Source: Burkholderiales bacterium
Lineage (GTDB): Bacteria; Pseudomonadota; Gammaproteobacteria; Burkholderiales; SG8-39
Direction of reading: 5' to 3'
NCBI GenBank assembly: GCA_041904885.1
Contig: JAYRND010000065.1
Span: 1-60,707 of the forward strand
Length of the DNA stretch: 60,707 bases
In this document: in pieces, positions 8,664-17,347 of the stretch
Layout of the letters: the number at the start of each line of letters is the position of its first letter
Position numbering within the stretch: the stretch's first letter is position 1
Translations under genes and position numbers: made by a program
Notes under the pieces: generated by a model
Told to the model about the DNA's origin: nothing
Databases searched by the model: none
Seen by the model: only the letters and a program-made list of their open reading frames with translations

Positions 8664-10232
8664 GTGAGCGCGAACTTCAAAAAAATCATTGCCTTGCTGC
8701 TGCTCGCGGCCATCGCCGCCGGCGGTGGCTGGCTGTGGTTTTCGTCGCGCACTAGCGCAGGGGACACGAAGTACCGCACCACCAAGGTGGAGCGCGGCCC
8801 GATCCAGGCGGTCGTGGTCGCGAGCGGCACCCTGAACGCGGTCACGACGGTGCAGGTCGGATCACAGATCTCGGGCCAGGTCCAGGAGATCTTCGCCGAC
8901 TTCAATACCCAGGTGAAGAAGGACCAGGTCATCGCGCGCATCGACCCGCAGACCTTCGAGCTGCGCGTCAACCAGGCACGCGCCGACGTGGACTCGGCCA
9001 AGAGCGCGGTGGCGGTCGCGACCTCGGCGCTGGCGGCGCAAAAGGCCGAGCTCGGGCGCATCCGCGTGAACCTCGCGGACGCGGAGCGGGACTACAACCG
9101 CAAGAAGATGCTGGTGGAGAAGAACTTCATCTCGCCCGCGGAGCTGGACAAGGTGCGCACGCTGTTCGAGGCCACCCGCGAGCAGCTCAAGGCGGGCGAG
9201 GCGCAGCTCGAGGTCAGCAGCTCGCAGATCGCAAGCGCCCAGGCCACGGTCAAGCAGCGCGAGGCGCTGCTCAAGCAGGCGCAGGTGGACTTGGAGCGGA
9301 CCATCATCCGCGCCCCGGTCAACGGCACGGTGATACTGAGGAACATCGACGCCGGCCAGACGGTCGCCGCCAGCCTGCAGGCGCCGGTGCTGTTCACCAT
9401 CGCCCAGGACCTGCGCGACATGCAGGTCGAGGCGGCCATCGACGAGGCCGACGTCGGGCGGCTGCGCGTCGGCCAGATTGCGAACTTCACTGTGGACGCC
9501 TTTCCGCGCCGGAACTTCTCCGGCGAGATCCGCCAGATCCGCAAGTCCCCGGTCAACGTGCAGAACGTGATCAGCTACACCGTGGTGATCGGTGCGGCCA
9601 ACCCCGACCAATCCCTGCTCCCGGGCATGACTGCGAACGTGCGCGTGGTGGTGGACAGCCGCGACAACGTGCTCAAGGTGGCGAACGCCGCACTTCGCTT
9701 CCGGCCCGCCGGTGCGGGAGACGCCAAGGCTCCGTCAGATCCGGCCGCCGGGCAGGCGCCGGGCGCGGCCGCCGCGCAGCAGTTCCGCCAGCGAGTTTTC
9801 GAGGAGCTCAAACCGGAACCCGCGCAGAAGGCGAAGCTCGAGCAGATCTTCGACGACGTGCGCCAGAAGCTGATGCAGCTGCGCGACATGCCCAAGGACG
9901 GCGACCGCCGCAAGGCGGGCGAGCGCCTGCGCGCGGAATCGCGTGAGCGCGTGATGGCGATCCTCACGGATGCGCAGAAGCCCGCCTACGAACGGCTGCT
10001 CGCCGAATTCGGCGCCGCGGCGCGCGGCGCCGCCTCCGCGCCGGGTCGGCTCTGGGTGCCGGTGGCGGGAGGGACGCCCAAGGCGGTCGACGTGCGTACC
10101 GGGCTCACGGACGGCACCAGCACCGAGATCCTGGAAGGCCCGCTCAAGGAAGGCGACGAGGTGATATCCGGCATCGGCGAGGCGCCCGGTGCGGCGAAGA
10201 AGGCTGCGCCCTCGGGACCGAGGATGTTCTGA
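8664..10232 (+). CDS. efflux periplasmic adaptor subunit (HlyD/MacA family) with extended C-terminal region
   Basis: 522 aa with an N-terminal TM anchor, coiled-coil hairpin segments and a beta-barrel region (IIRAPVNGTVILRNIDAGQTV). It is followed by ABC ATPase and FtsX-type permease genes. Confidence 0.85.
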   Translation: MSANFKKIIALLLLAAIAAGGGWLWFSSRTSAGDTKYRTTKVERGPIQAVVVASGTLNAVTTVQVGSQISGQVQEIFADFNTQVKKDQVIARIDPQTFELRVNQARADVDSAKSAVAVATSALAAQKAELGRIRVNLADAERDYNRKKMLVEKNFISPAELDKVRTLFEATREQLKAGEAQLEVSSSQIASAQATVKQREALLKQAQVDLERTIIRAPVNGTVILRNIDAGQTVAASLQAPVLFTIAQDLRDMQVEAAIDEADVGRLRVGQIANFTVDAFPRRNFSGEIRQIRKSPVNVQNVISYTVVIGAANPDQSLLPGMTANVRVVVDSRDNVLKVANAALRFRPAGAGDAKAPSDPAAGQAPGAAAAQQFRQRVFEELKPEPAQKAKLEQIFDDVRQKLMQLRDMPKDGDRRKAGERLRAESRERVMAILTDAQKPAYERLLAEFGAAARGAASAPGRLWVPVAGGTPKAVDVRTGLTDGTSTEILEGPLKEGDEVISGIGEAPGAAKKAAPSGPRMF

Positions 10233-10233
10233 C

Positions 10234-10971
10234 ATGGCCGAGGCCCTGATCCACACCCGGGATCTGGTCAAGGTCTACCACGTCGGCGACAACGTCATCC
10301 GCGCGCTCGACGGCGTCAGCATCGACATCGCCAGGGGCGAGTTCACCGCGGTGATGGGGCCCTCGGGCTCGGGCAAGTCCACATTCATGAACATGCTGGG
10401 CTGCCTGGACCGGCCTACCTCGGGGGAATACGTGCTCGGCGGGAAGCGGGTGTCGGAGCTGGAGGGCGACCAGCTCGCGGTGGTGCGCAACCGCAGCATC
10501 GGCTTCGTGTTCCAGAACTTCAATCTGCTCGCGCGCACCGCGGCGGTGGAGAACGTGGAGCTGCCGCTGGTCTACACCGGCGTGCCCGCGCGCGAACGGC
10601 GCGAGCGGGCCCTGGAGATGCTCGGCATGGTCGGCCTGGGCGAGCGCGCCGACCACCAGCCGGCGCAGCTCTCGGGCGGCCAGCAGCAGCGCGTCGCCAT
10701 CGCGCGCGCGCTGGTCACGCGCCCCCTGCTGATCCTCGCCGACGAGCCCACCGGCGCGCTTGACTCGCGCACCAGCCTCGAGATCATGGGCCTGCTGCAG
10801 GAGCTCAACCGCGGCGGCATGACGGTCGTGCTGGTGACGCACGAGCCGGACGTTGCCCGCTTCGCGCGGCGCGTGTTGCGCTTTCGCGACGGTCACCTGG
10901 TCGAGGACCATGCCAACGAGAAGCCGGACGACGCGCTGGCCGAGCTGAAGAAGGAAGCGGTGCCCGCGTGA
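10234..10971 (+). CDS. ABC transporter ATP-binding protein (MacB/LolD-type)
   Basis: Start trimmed to ATG 10234. Walker A GPSGSGKST, signature LSGGQQQRVAIARAL and Walker B LILADEPTGALD are present. Confidence 0.92.
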   Translation: MAEALIHTRDLVKVYHVGDNVIRALDGVSIDIARGEFTAVMGPSGSGKSTFMNMLGCLDRPTSGEYVLGGKRVSELEGDQLAVVRNRSIGFVFQNFNLLARTAAVENVELPLVYTGVPARERRERALEMLGMVGLGERADHQPAQLSGGQQQRVAIARALVTRPLLILADEPTGALDSRTSLEIMGLLQELNRGGMTVVLVTHEPDVARFARRVLRFRDGHLVEDHANEKPDDALAELKKEAVPA

Positions 10972-12200
10972 ACGTCCTCGGATTGCTGCGCGTGGCAATG
11001 CGAGCGCTGGCGGTCAACAAGCTGCGCAGCGTGCTGACCATGCTGGGCATCATCATCGGCGTGGGTGCGGTGATTGTGATGATCGCGGTCGGCGCGGGCG
11101 CCCAGCAGAGGGTGCAGGAGCAGATCTCCTCGCTCGGCTCCAACCTGCTGCTGATCCTCTCGGGTACCACCACCTCGGGCGGGGTGCGCATGGGCTTCGG
11201 CTCCAACCTGACAATTTCCGAGGACGATGCCGCGGCGATCCCGCGCGAGATTCCCGAGACCATGGCCGCCCCGGCGCTGCGCGGCACCGCACAGCTCATC
11301 TGGGGCAACCAGAACTGGTCCACGGTGATTTTCGGCGTCACGCCCGAGTACATCGACGTGCGCCAGTGGGAGCTCGCCTCGGGCCGGGTATTCGACGCCT
11401 CCGACATGGCCGGGGCGACCAAGGTCTGCCTGATCGGCCAGACCGTGGCGCGCCAGCTCTTCGGCGGCGCGGATCCGCTCGGCCAGGTGATCCGTGTCCG
11501 CCGCGTGCCGTTCACCGTGATCGGCGTGCTCGAGGGCAAGGGCCAGAGCATGATGGGGACCGACCAGGACGACCTCGTCCTGATGCCGATCAGCACCGCG
11601 CGCAAGCGCGTGCTGGGCGCCTCCAACCTCGCCAAGCAGCGCAGCGTCGGCACCATCTGGGTCAAGGTGGCCGAGGGCTACGACATGAAGACCGCCGAGG
11701 AGCAGGTGCGCGCGCTCCTGCGCCAGCGGCACCGCCTGCAGCCCGGCCAGGACGACGATTTCTCCCTGCGCAACCTCGAGGAGGTCGCGGCCACGCAGGA
11801 AGCCTCCAGCCGGGTGCTCGCGCTGCTGCTGGCGGCGGTCGCCTCGGTGTCGCTGGTGGTGGGCGGCATCGGCATCATGAACATCATGCTGGTGTCCGTC
11901 ACCGAACGCACGCGGGAAATCGGCCTGCGCATGGCGGTGGGCGCGCGCACGCGCGACATCCTCGGCCAGTTCCTGGTGGAAGCGGTGACCCTGTCGCTGA
12001 TCGGGGGCCTCGCCGGCGTCACCATCGGCATCGGCGCCGCCGTCGCCATCGCCGAGATCGCGGGCTGGCGCATCATGCTCTCGCCCGAATCGGTGCTCCT
12101 GGCGGTCGCCTTCGCCTTCGCGATCGGCGTGTTTTTCGGCTTCTATCCGGCGCGCAAGGCGGCGCGCCTCAACCCGGTCGAGGCGCTGCGCTTCGAGTGA
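10968..12200 (+). CDS. ABC transporter permease (MacB/FtsX-type, with periplasmic domain)
   Basis: 410 aa. GTG start overlaps the upstream stop (GTGA). It has the MacB-like N-terminal TM + periplasmic domain + FtsX C-terminal TM bundle, ending ...YPARKAARLNPVEALRFE. Confidence 0.9.
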   Translation: MNVLGLLRVAMRALAVNKLRSVLTMLGIIIGVGAVIVMIAVGAGAQQRVQEQISSLGSNLLLILSGTTTSGGVRMGFGSNLTISEDDAAAIPREIPETMAAPALRGTAQLIWGNQNWSTVIFGVTPEYIDVRQWELASGRVFDASDMAGATKVCLIGQTVARQLFGGADPLGQVIRVRRVPFTVIGVLEGKGQSMMGTDQDDLVLMPISTARKRVLGASNLAKQRSVGTIWVKVAEGYDMKTAEEQVRALLRQRHRLQPGQDDDFSLRNLEEVAATQEASSRVLALLLAAVASVSLVVGGIGIMNIMLVSVTERTREIGLRMAVGARTRDILGQFLVEAVTLSLIGGLAGVTIGIGAAVAIAEIAGWRIMLSPESVLLAVAFAFAIGVFFGFYPARKAARLNPVEALRFE

Positions 12201-12203
12201 GCG

Positions 12204-13064
12204 CTAGGGATGCCGGCGCCGCAGGTAGCGCTCGAGCGCGTCGCGCCAGGGCGGCAATGTAATACCGAGCCGGCGCGCTTTATGGTTGGCAAGCACCGAA
12301 TACAGCGGCCGCCGCATGCTGCCGCTTCTCCCCTGCCGGTCCACGGGCACGACGCGCGCGGGCAGGCCGAGGATCTCGACGATCGCCAATGTCAGCTCGT
12401 ACCAACTGCACTGTCCTTCGTTCACCAGATGGTAGATGCCGGGGGCGAGCCCCGGCGCTTGCGCGAGCGCGAACACCGCGCGGCTGAGGTCGTCCGTGGA
12501 CGTGGGCGCCACGATCTGCTCGGCCGCCATCTCGATGGTCTTCCCGGCGCGCGCGTCGGCCACCCGGCCGTCGACGAAGTTGCCGCCCTTGGACCGTGCG
12601 CCGGTCTGTCCGTACAGGCCACAGGTGCGGATCACGACCGCATGGTCGGGCGCAGTGGAAAGCGCAGCATGCTCTCCGGCGAGTCGGCTGATGCCGTAGA
12701 TCTGCAGCGGCCGCGGCAGGTCGTCCTCGCCGTACGGCGTCTGCTGCTCTCCGCCGAAGACATAGTCGGTACTGAACGTGAACAGCCGCGCGCCGGCATC
12801 GCGGCAGGCCGCGGCAAGGTCCCGCACCGCGGTGCAGTTCACCCGGAACGCCTCTTCCGGGCGCTCCTCGCACTGCGGCACGTTGTGAAACGCGGCGCAG
12901 TTCACCACCAGTTCGGGCCGGTGGCGCGCCATCGCGGCGCGCAGCTGGTCGGGCCGCGTGAGGTCGAGCTCACCGCGGCCCGGCGCGGCGAGCTCGTGGC
13001 CGGGATTGTTGCGCAGCAGGTCGCCGCCCAGTTGCCCCGTGGACCCGATCAGCAGCATGCGCAT
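12204..13064 (-). CDS. rfbD: dTDP-4-dehydrorhamnose reductase-like SDR (RfbD/RmlD family)
   Basis: Only the last 286 aa of track ORF 12204..14726 look coding: MRMLLIGSTGQLGGDL...STDYVFGG...PLQIYGISRLAGE. These are the Rossmann GxxGxxG and YxxxK-type motifs of RmlD. No rfbABC genes are present in the window. Confidence 0.78.
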   Translation of the reverse strand: MRMLLIGSTGQLGGDLLRNNPGHELAAPGRGELDLTRPDQLRAAMARHRPELVVNCAAFHNVPQCEERPEEAFRVNCTAVRDLAAACRDAGARLFTFSTDYVFGGEQQTPYGEDDLPRPLQIYGISRLAGEHAALSTAPDHAVVIRTCGLYGQTGARSKGGNFVDGRVADARAGKTIEMAAEQIVAPTSTDDLSRAVFALAQAPGLAPGIYHLVNEGQCSWYELTLAIVEILGLPARVVPVDRQGRSGSMRRPLYSVLANHKARRLGITLPPWRDALERYLRRRHP

Positions 13065-14066
13065 GCGCGGAATTATCGCAGGTGGCTCGCCGCACTCCTC
13101 GCAGCGGCGTTGAGCTCCTGCGCCGTCACCCCGCCCGAAGTCACGCCTCGGAGCTACGCGAACCCGGTCATGGAACGGGACTTCGCCGACCCTGCAGTCT
13201 TGCGCGATGCGGACGGGTGGTTCTATGCGTACGCGACGCAGAGCCACTCGGCGGACACCGTCTGGAACGTGCAGGTCGCGCGCTCGCGCGATTTGGTGCG
13301 TTGGGAGCACCTGGGCGAGGCGCTGCCGGAGAAGCCGCACTGGGCCGCGTCGAAGCGGGAAATCTGGGCGCCCCACGTCATCCACGATGGCGCGAGGCAA
13401 CGCTACGTCATGTACTACTCGGCGGAGCCGGACCGCGCGAAGGGAAAGTGCCTCGCGGTGGCGACCGCGACGGCGCCCGCAGGCCCGTTCGCCGATACCG
13501 GGGCGCCGATGCTCTGCGGCGAAGGCATCGAGCACATCGATCCCATGGCCTTCGACGATCCCGCAACGGGCAAGCGGCTGCTGTACTGGGGATCGGGCCG
13601 CAAGCCGATCCGGGTTCAGGAGCTCGCCGAAGACCGGCTTTCGTTCCTTCCCGGCAGCGCGCCAGAGGATCTCCTTTTCCCGGCCGGCGAAGGCTACCGG
13701 TCGCTGATCGAGGGCGCGTGGGTCATCCTGCGCGGCGGGACGTACTTCCTCTTCTATTCGGGCGACCGCTGCTGCAGCCGCGAGCCGCGCTATGCCGTGA
13801 TGGTGGCGCGCTCGCAAAGCGCGCTGGGGCCCTTCGAGGAGCGCCCCGAGCCGATCCTGGAAGCGGGCGGCGGCTGGCTCGCGCCCGGGCACAACAGCAT
13901 CGCCACCGACGACGCCGGCAATGACTGGATGCTGTATCACGCGATCCGCGAGGCGCCGGCGCGCCTGCTGCTGCTCGACCGCATCGAGTACCGCGACGGC
14001 TGGCCGCGGATCGCCGGGAACTCCCCGTCGGCCGTGCCCATGCCCGCGCCCGAACCCCTGCGATAG
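13032..14066 (+). CDS. glycoside hydrolase family 43-like lipoprotein
   Basis: C-terminal part of track ORF 12210..14066. A lipobox-like LSSC is followed by NPVMERDFADPAVLRDADGWFYAYAT...WAPHV...IEGAWV..., the GH43 five-bladed propeller motifs. The start is uncertain; TTG 13032 is the only canonical in-frame start ahead of the signal peptide. Confidence 0.68.
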   Translation: MPRGPDQQHAHARNYRRWLAALLAAALSSCAVTPPEVTPRSYANPVMERDFADPAVLRDADGWFYAYATQSHSADTVWNVQVARSRDLVRWEHLGEALPEKPHWAASKREIWAPHVIHDGARQRYVMYYSAEPDRAKGKCLAVATATAPAGPFADTGAPMLCGEGIEHIDPMAFDDPATGKRLLYWGSGRKPIRVQELAEDRLSFLPGSAPEDLLFPAGEGYRSLIEGAWVILRGGTYFLFYSGDRCCSREPRYAVMVARSQSALGPFEERPEPILEAGGGWLAPGHNSIATDDAGNDWMLYHAIREAPARLLLLDRIEYRDGWPRIAGNSPSAVPMPAPEPLR

Positions 14067-14075
14067 AATCTCCGC

Positions 14076-14978
14076 ATGCCTGCGGGGCCCGATGAATACG
14101 CGCGAATGCAGCAGGAATATTACGATCAGCGCGCGCGCAGCGAGACCCGGGCCCGCGCGCTGGTTCATCCCGACTACGACTACGCAGCCTCGCAGGCGCC
14201 GGGATTCATCCGCTTCCTGCTGAACCAGTACTACAGCGTCCACGCCCCCTACCATTCCTCCGGGCAGCTGACCGATTCGCTGCATACCACGAAGCTGCTG
14301 TCGAGGCTGTGGCCAGCCTCGCTGCGCAACGCTGCTTTGCGGCGGTACGGCTACAAGGTCGGCAAAGGCATGCCCGATTGCCTCGATTTCGGCTGCGGCG
14401 TCGGCCGGCTGATGCGCCCGATCGCGCTCGCGGGAGGGCGGGTCGACGGCGCCGACATCAGCGAGCAGATGCTGCAGCATGCGCGAAGCGACCCGCTGCT
14501 CGCGAGCAGCAAGTTCTTCGTGACCGGCGGCATGGACTGCGGCGCCGCGCCCAGCGCGAGCTACGACATCGTCTATAGCGCGATCTGCATGCAGCACATC
14601 GCCTCGCGCACGATCCGGCAGCGCATCCTCGGCGACATGCGGCGCGTGCTGCGGGACGGCGGCATCGTCGCGCTGCAGTTCCATCACTACCCGGAGCTGC
14701 ACAGTGGCGAGGTCCCGTCGCCCCACGTCGCGTGGAGCGCGGACGAGTACGCCGCCACGGGGACGAACTCAGAGGCCGACGTCTGGATCACGCCGGATTC
14801 GATTCCGGCAGTCATCGCCGATTTTCGCGCGCATTTCTCCGACGTCGCGCTGCACTTCTGCGAGTTTCCGGAGGAAGCGAAACTGTTCCGCGGCGCCTAT
14901 GGCCGGCACCGGTTCGAGCACCTCATCGTCACCGCCAGCGCGGGATTGACGCGCGCGGAAGCGATCTACGGGCTCTGA
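14076..14978 (+). CDS. class I SAM-dependent methyltransferase
   Basis: 300 aa with SAM-binding motif I (LDFGCGVGRLM) and an acidic loop (DGADISEQML). Confidence 0.75.
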   Translation: MPAGPDEYARMQQEYYDQRARSETRARALVHPDYDYAASQAPGFIRFLLNQYYSVHAPYHSSGQLTDSLHTTKLLSRLWPASLRNAALRRYGYKVGKGMPDCLDFGCGVGRLMRPIALAGGRVDGADISEQMLQHARSDPLLASSKFFVTGGMDCGAAPSASYDIVYSAICMQHIASRTIRQRILGDMRRVLRDGGIVALQFHHYPELHSGEVPSPHVAWSADEYAATGTNSEADVWITPDSIPAVIADFRAHFSDVALHFCEFPEEAKLFRGAYGRHRFEHLIVTASAGLTRAEAIYGL

Positions 14979-17347
14979 TCCCGGCTGGCGCCCGGCAGGC
15001 GCCGTGCCAGGTCCATCGCAAGCAGGTACAGGACGGCCCCGGCGGCCAGCGTGGCGCTGATGCCGAGGTGCAGCGAGATCAGCAGGGACGCTACGGTGGC
15101 CAGCACGGACGCCGCGCCGTTCATGCCCCAGCACCAGGGAATGATCGCCGGAGCCCGGGCGGCCACCAGAACGATGCCCGCCGGCACCATGTTTCCCATG
15201 AGCAGGCCGAACGCCGAGACGATCGCGAGCGCGAGCAGGACGCGGCTGCCCAGCTCCCATCCGATCCATGCGTCGAGGACAAGGTCGGCGCCCAGCGCGA
15301 AGGCCGCGCACAGGAGCACCACGCCCCATCCCGCCGAGCGGGTGCGGCGCACCGCGTCGCGCGGCGACGCGAATCCGGCGGACGACCTTGCGCCGACGGC
15401 GGTGGAGACCAGCAATCCGAAGAGAACCACGAGCAGCGCGTACGAAGGGTGCCCCAGGAATACGGTCAGCTTCTGCATCAGGCCGAACTCGACCAGCATG
15501 AAGCCGAAGCCGACGGCGCCAAAGTAGCCCAGCGCCGGCGCCAGGGGCGCGGCTTCCATTCCGGCGAGGCCGCGGGCGGCGGCGAACCCGCCCGTCAGCG
15601 GCAGGACGATGAAAAGAGCCACGAGCACGGCGAGCGCTGCAGCGGTGCCGAGCAGGATCCACAAGGCGGGCTGCGCAGGAGTCGAGCCGGACAGGAACCG
15701 GAGCGACCAGAAATCCCTGGCGGGAACGAAGTAGAAGAAGAAGGGCCTGTCGTCGGTGGGCGCAGCAAGGTCGTGCGCCGGATACGGGGCGACTTCGGCT
15801 CCCGCGCGCCCGACCAGCGCCTCGAAGCCGTACTTCCCGGTGCGGTGCGGCGCCAGCACCGTCTCGAAGCCCTCCCGCGCGGCCACGCGGTCGAGCTTGC
15901 GCAGGTCCTCGTCGGTCAGCGGCGTGCGCTTGGCGATGAGGGTACCGAAATCCTCGTTCTTCGCCGGATACGACTTGCGCAGGACGTACAGGTGGCGGCC
16001 CACGTCGGCGGACGAGACGCCGCTGCGGCGCAGGCCCTCGGCCGCGACAGCGGTCAGGCGCGCCGTCTCCGGCCCCCACCAGCGGCTGCTCGTGGCGATG
16101 CCATCGCGGGTCAGGTGCGCGAAGTAGTCCCGGAAGGCCTCCGCCGTGTACAGCGTGTTCTCCGACAGCGCAAACGCGCCCGACGCCGTTGCCGCCCACG
16201 TATCGACCATGGAGAGCTGCAGCACGTCGAAGCGCTCGGCCGACCGGCGGATGTAGCTGCGCCCCTCGGCGACCACGATGCGGATGCGCGGATCGCGGTA
16301 GAGGTCGCCCGTCGCATCGCGAAAGCGCTCCTGCATCACCGTGTTCACGATGATTCCGTTGACGTCGACGCCAGTGACATGGCGGCTGCCCGCGGCGAGC
16401 GCGTGCACGATATCTCGCCCGCCGCCGGGGCCGATCACCAGGACCCGCGGGGCGCCGCCCGGAAACAAGGCATGCCCGATGGCCGCGAAGTCCGATAGCG
16501 GATTGACGATTTCCCGGATGGCGCTTGCGGCCATGAGCGGGGTCGAGGCCGCCGAGTCGATCTTGATGTCGTAGCCCGGACGCCCGGCGTCCCAGAAGAC
16601 CCGCTCCACCGTGATCCGCGAGAAGATGTTCCATTTCTCGAAGACCACCCTGCCGGCCTCCACGGTCTTTACGGAAGGCACCGTCAGCAGGGACCATGCC
16701 GCGTTCGAGGCGAGAATCAATCCCGTCGCGGCCGCACCCGCCCAGGCGCGCCAGCTGCCCGCGCCAAACAGCAACGCCGCCGAAGCGGCGAGCAGCGCGG
16801 CAAAGAAGATCGCGGAGGGGCCGCCGAGCCATTCCAGCAGGAATCCCGCGCCGCCCGCGGCCAGGGCGGCTCCTGCCAGGTCGTAGGCGTACACGCGGTT
16901 GACGTCGGCATGGAAGCGGGACATGGCCGCAGCCACCACCACGCCGCCAAAGAAGAACGGCACCGCGGAAATGCATAGCAGGGCGCAGATCTGCAGCAAG
17001 GTAGCGCCGGTCAGCCCCCCGATTTCCGCAGGGGGGACCGGAAACTCGACGGGATTCGACACGGCGTAGAGCAGCAGCGCCACGATCGAGCCGGCAAACA
17101 GCAGGCTGTGGCGCTCCAGGAGCGCGCCGGGTTCCACCCGCGCCAAAGTGTCGCGACGGACATAGACGTACACCCCGCCGGCGGCCAGCCCGAACAGCGC
17201 CAGCGCCACGGCCATGAACGTGAAGTGGTAGAACATCATCGCCGAGAACAGCCGGACCATGAAGATTTCCAGCAGCACGTTCGCGCAGCAGAGCAGCGCG
17301 ATGCCGAAGAGGATCCTGGGGCCCGCGGCGGGCCGGCCCGTCGGCAC
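14966..17347 (-). CDS. polytopic membrane protein with embedded spermidine-synthase-like (SAM/dcSAM-binding) domain (fused MFS/spermidine synthase type)
   Basis: 793 aa with many hydrophobic segments on both sides of a soluble module: VLVIGPGGGRDIVHALAAGSRHVTGVDVNGIIV...RIVVAEGRSYI...FDVLQLSMVD. This is the aminopropyltransferase / class I MTase fold signature. Confidence 0.72.
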   Translation of the reverse strand: MPTGRPAAGPRILFGIALLCCANVLLEIFMVRLFSAMMFYHFTFMAVALALFGLAAGGVYVYVRRDTLARVEPGALLERHSLLFAGSIVALLLYAVSNPVEFPVPPAEIGGLTGATLLQICALLCISAVPFFFGGVVVAAAMSRFHADVNRVYAYDLAGAALAAGGAGFLLEWLGGPSAIFFAALLAASAALLFGAGSWRAWAGAAATGLILASNAAWSLLTVPSVKTVEAGRVVFEKWNIFSRITVERVFWDAGRPGYDIKIDSAASTPLMAASAIREIVNPLSDFAAIGHALFPGGAPRVLVIGPGGGRDIVHALAAGSRHVTGVDVNGIIVNTVMQERFRDATGDLYRDPRIRIVVAEGRSYIRRSAERFDVLQLSMVDTWAATASGAFALSENTLYTAEAFRDYFAHLTRDGIATSSRWWGPETARLTAVAAEGLRRSGVSSADVGRHLYVLRKSYPAKNEDFGTLIAKRTPLTDEDLRKLDRVAAREGFETVLAPHRTGKYGFEALVGRAGAEVAPYPAHDLAAPTDDRPFFFYFVPARDFWSLRFLSGSTPAQPALWILLGTAAALAVLVALFIVLPLTGGFAAARGLAGMEAAPLAPALGYFGAVGFGFMLVEFGLMQKLTVFLGHPSYALLVVLFGLLVSTAVGARSSAGFASPRDAVRRTRSAGWGVVLLCAAFALGADLVLDAWIGWELGSRVLLALAIVSAFGLLMGNMVPAGIVLVAARAPAIIPWCWGMNGAASVLATVASLLISLHLGISATLAAGAVLYLLAMDLARRLPGASRDQSP

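Noticed and set aside
12204-14726. 840-aa minus-strand ORF in the track
   Set aside because: Only the last 286 aa (12204..13064) show protein-like motifs (RmlD). The upstream 550 aa are Arg/Ala/Gly/Pro-rich and antisense to the well-supported GH43 and methyltransferase genes. This is GC-driven open frame..
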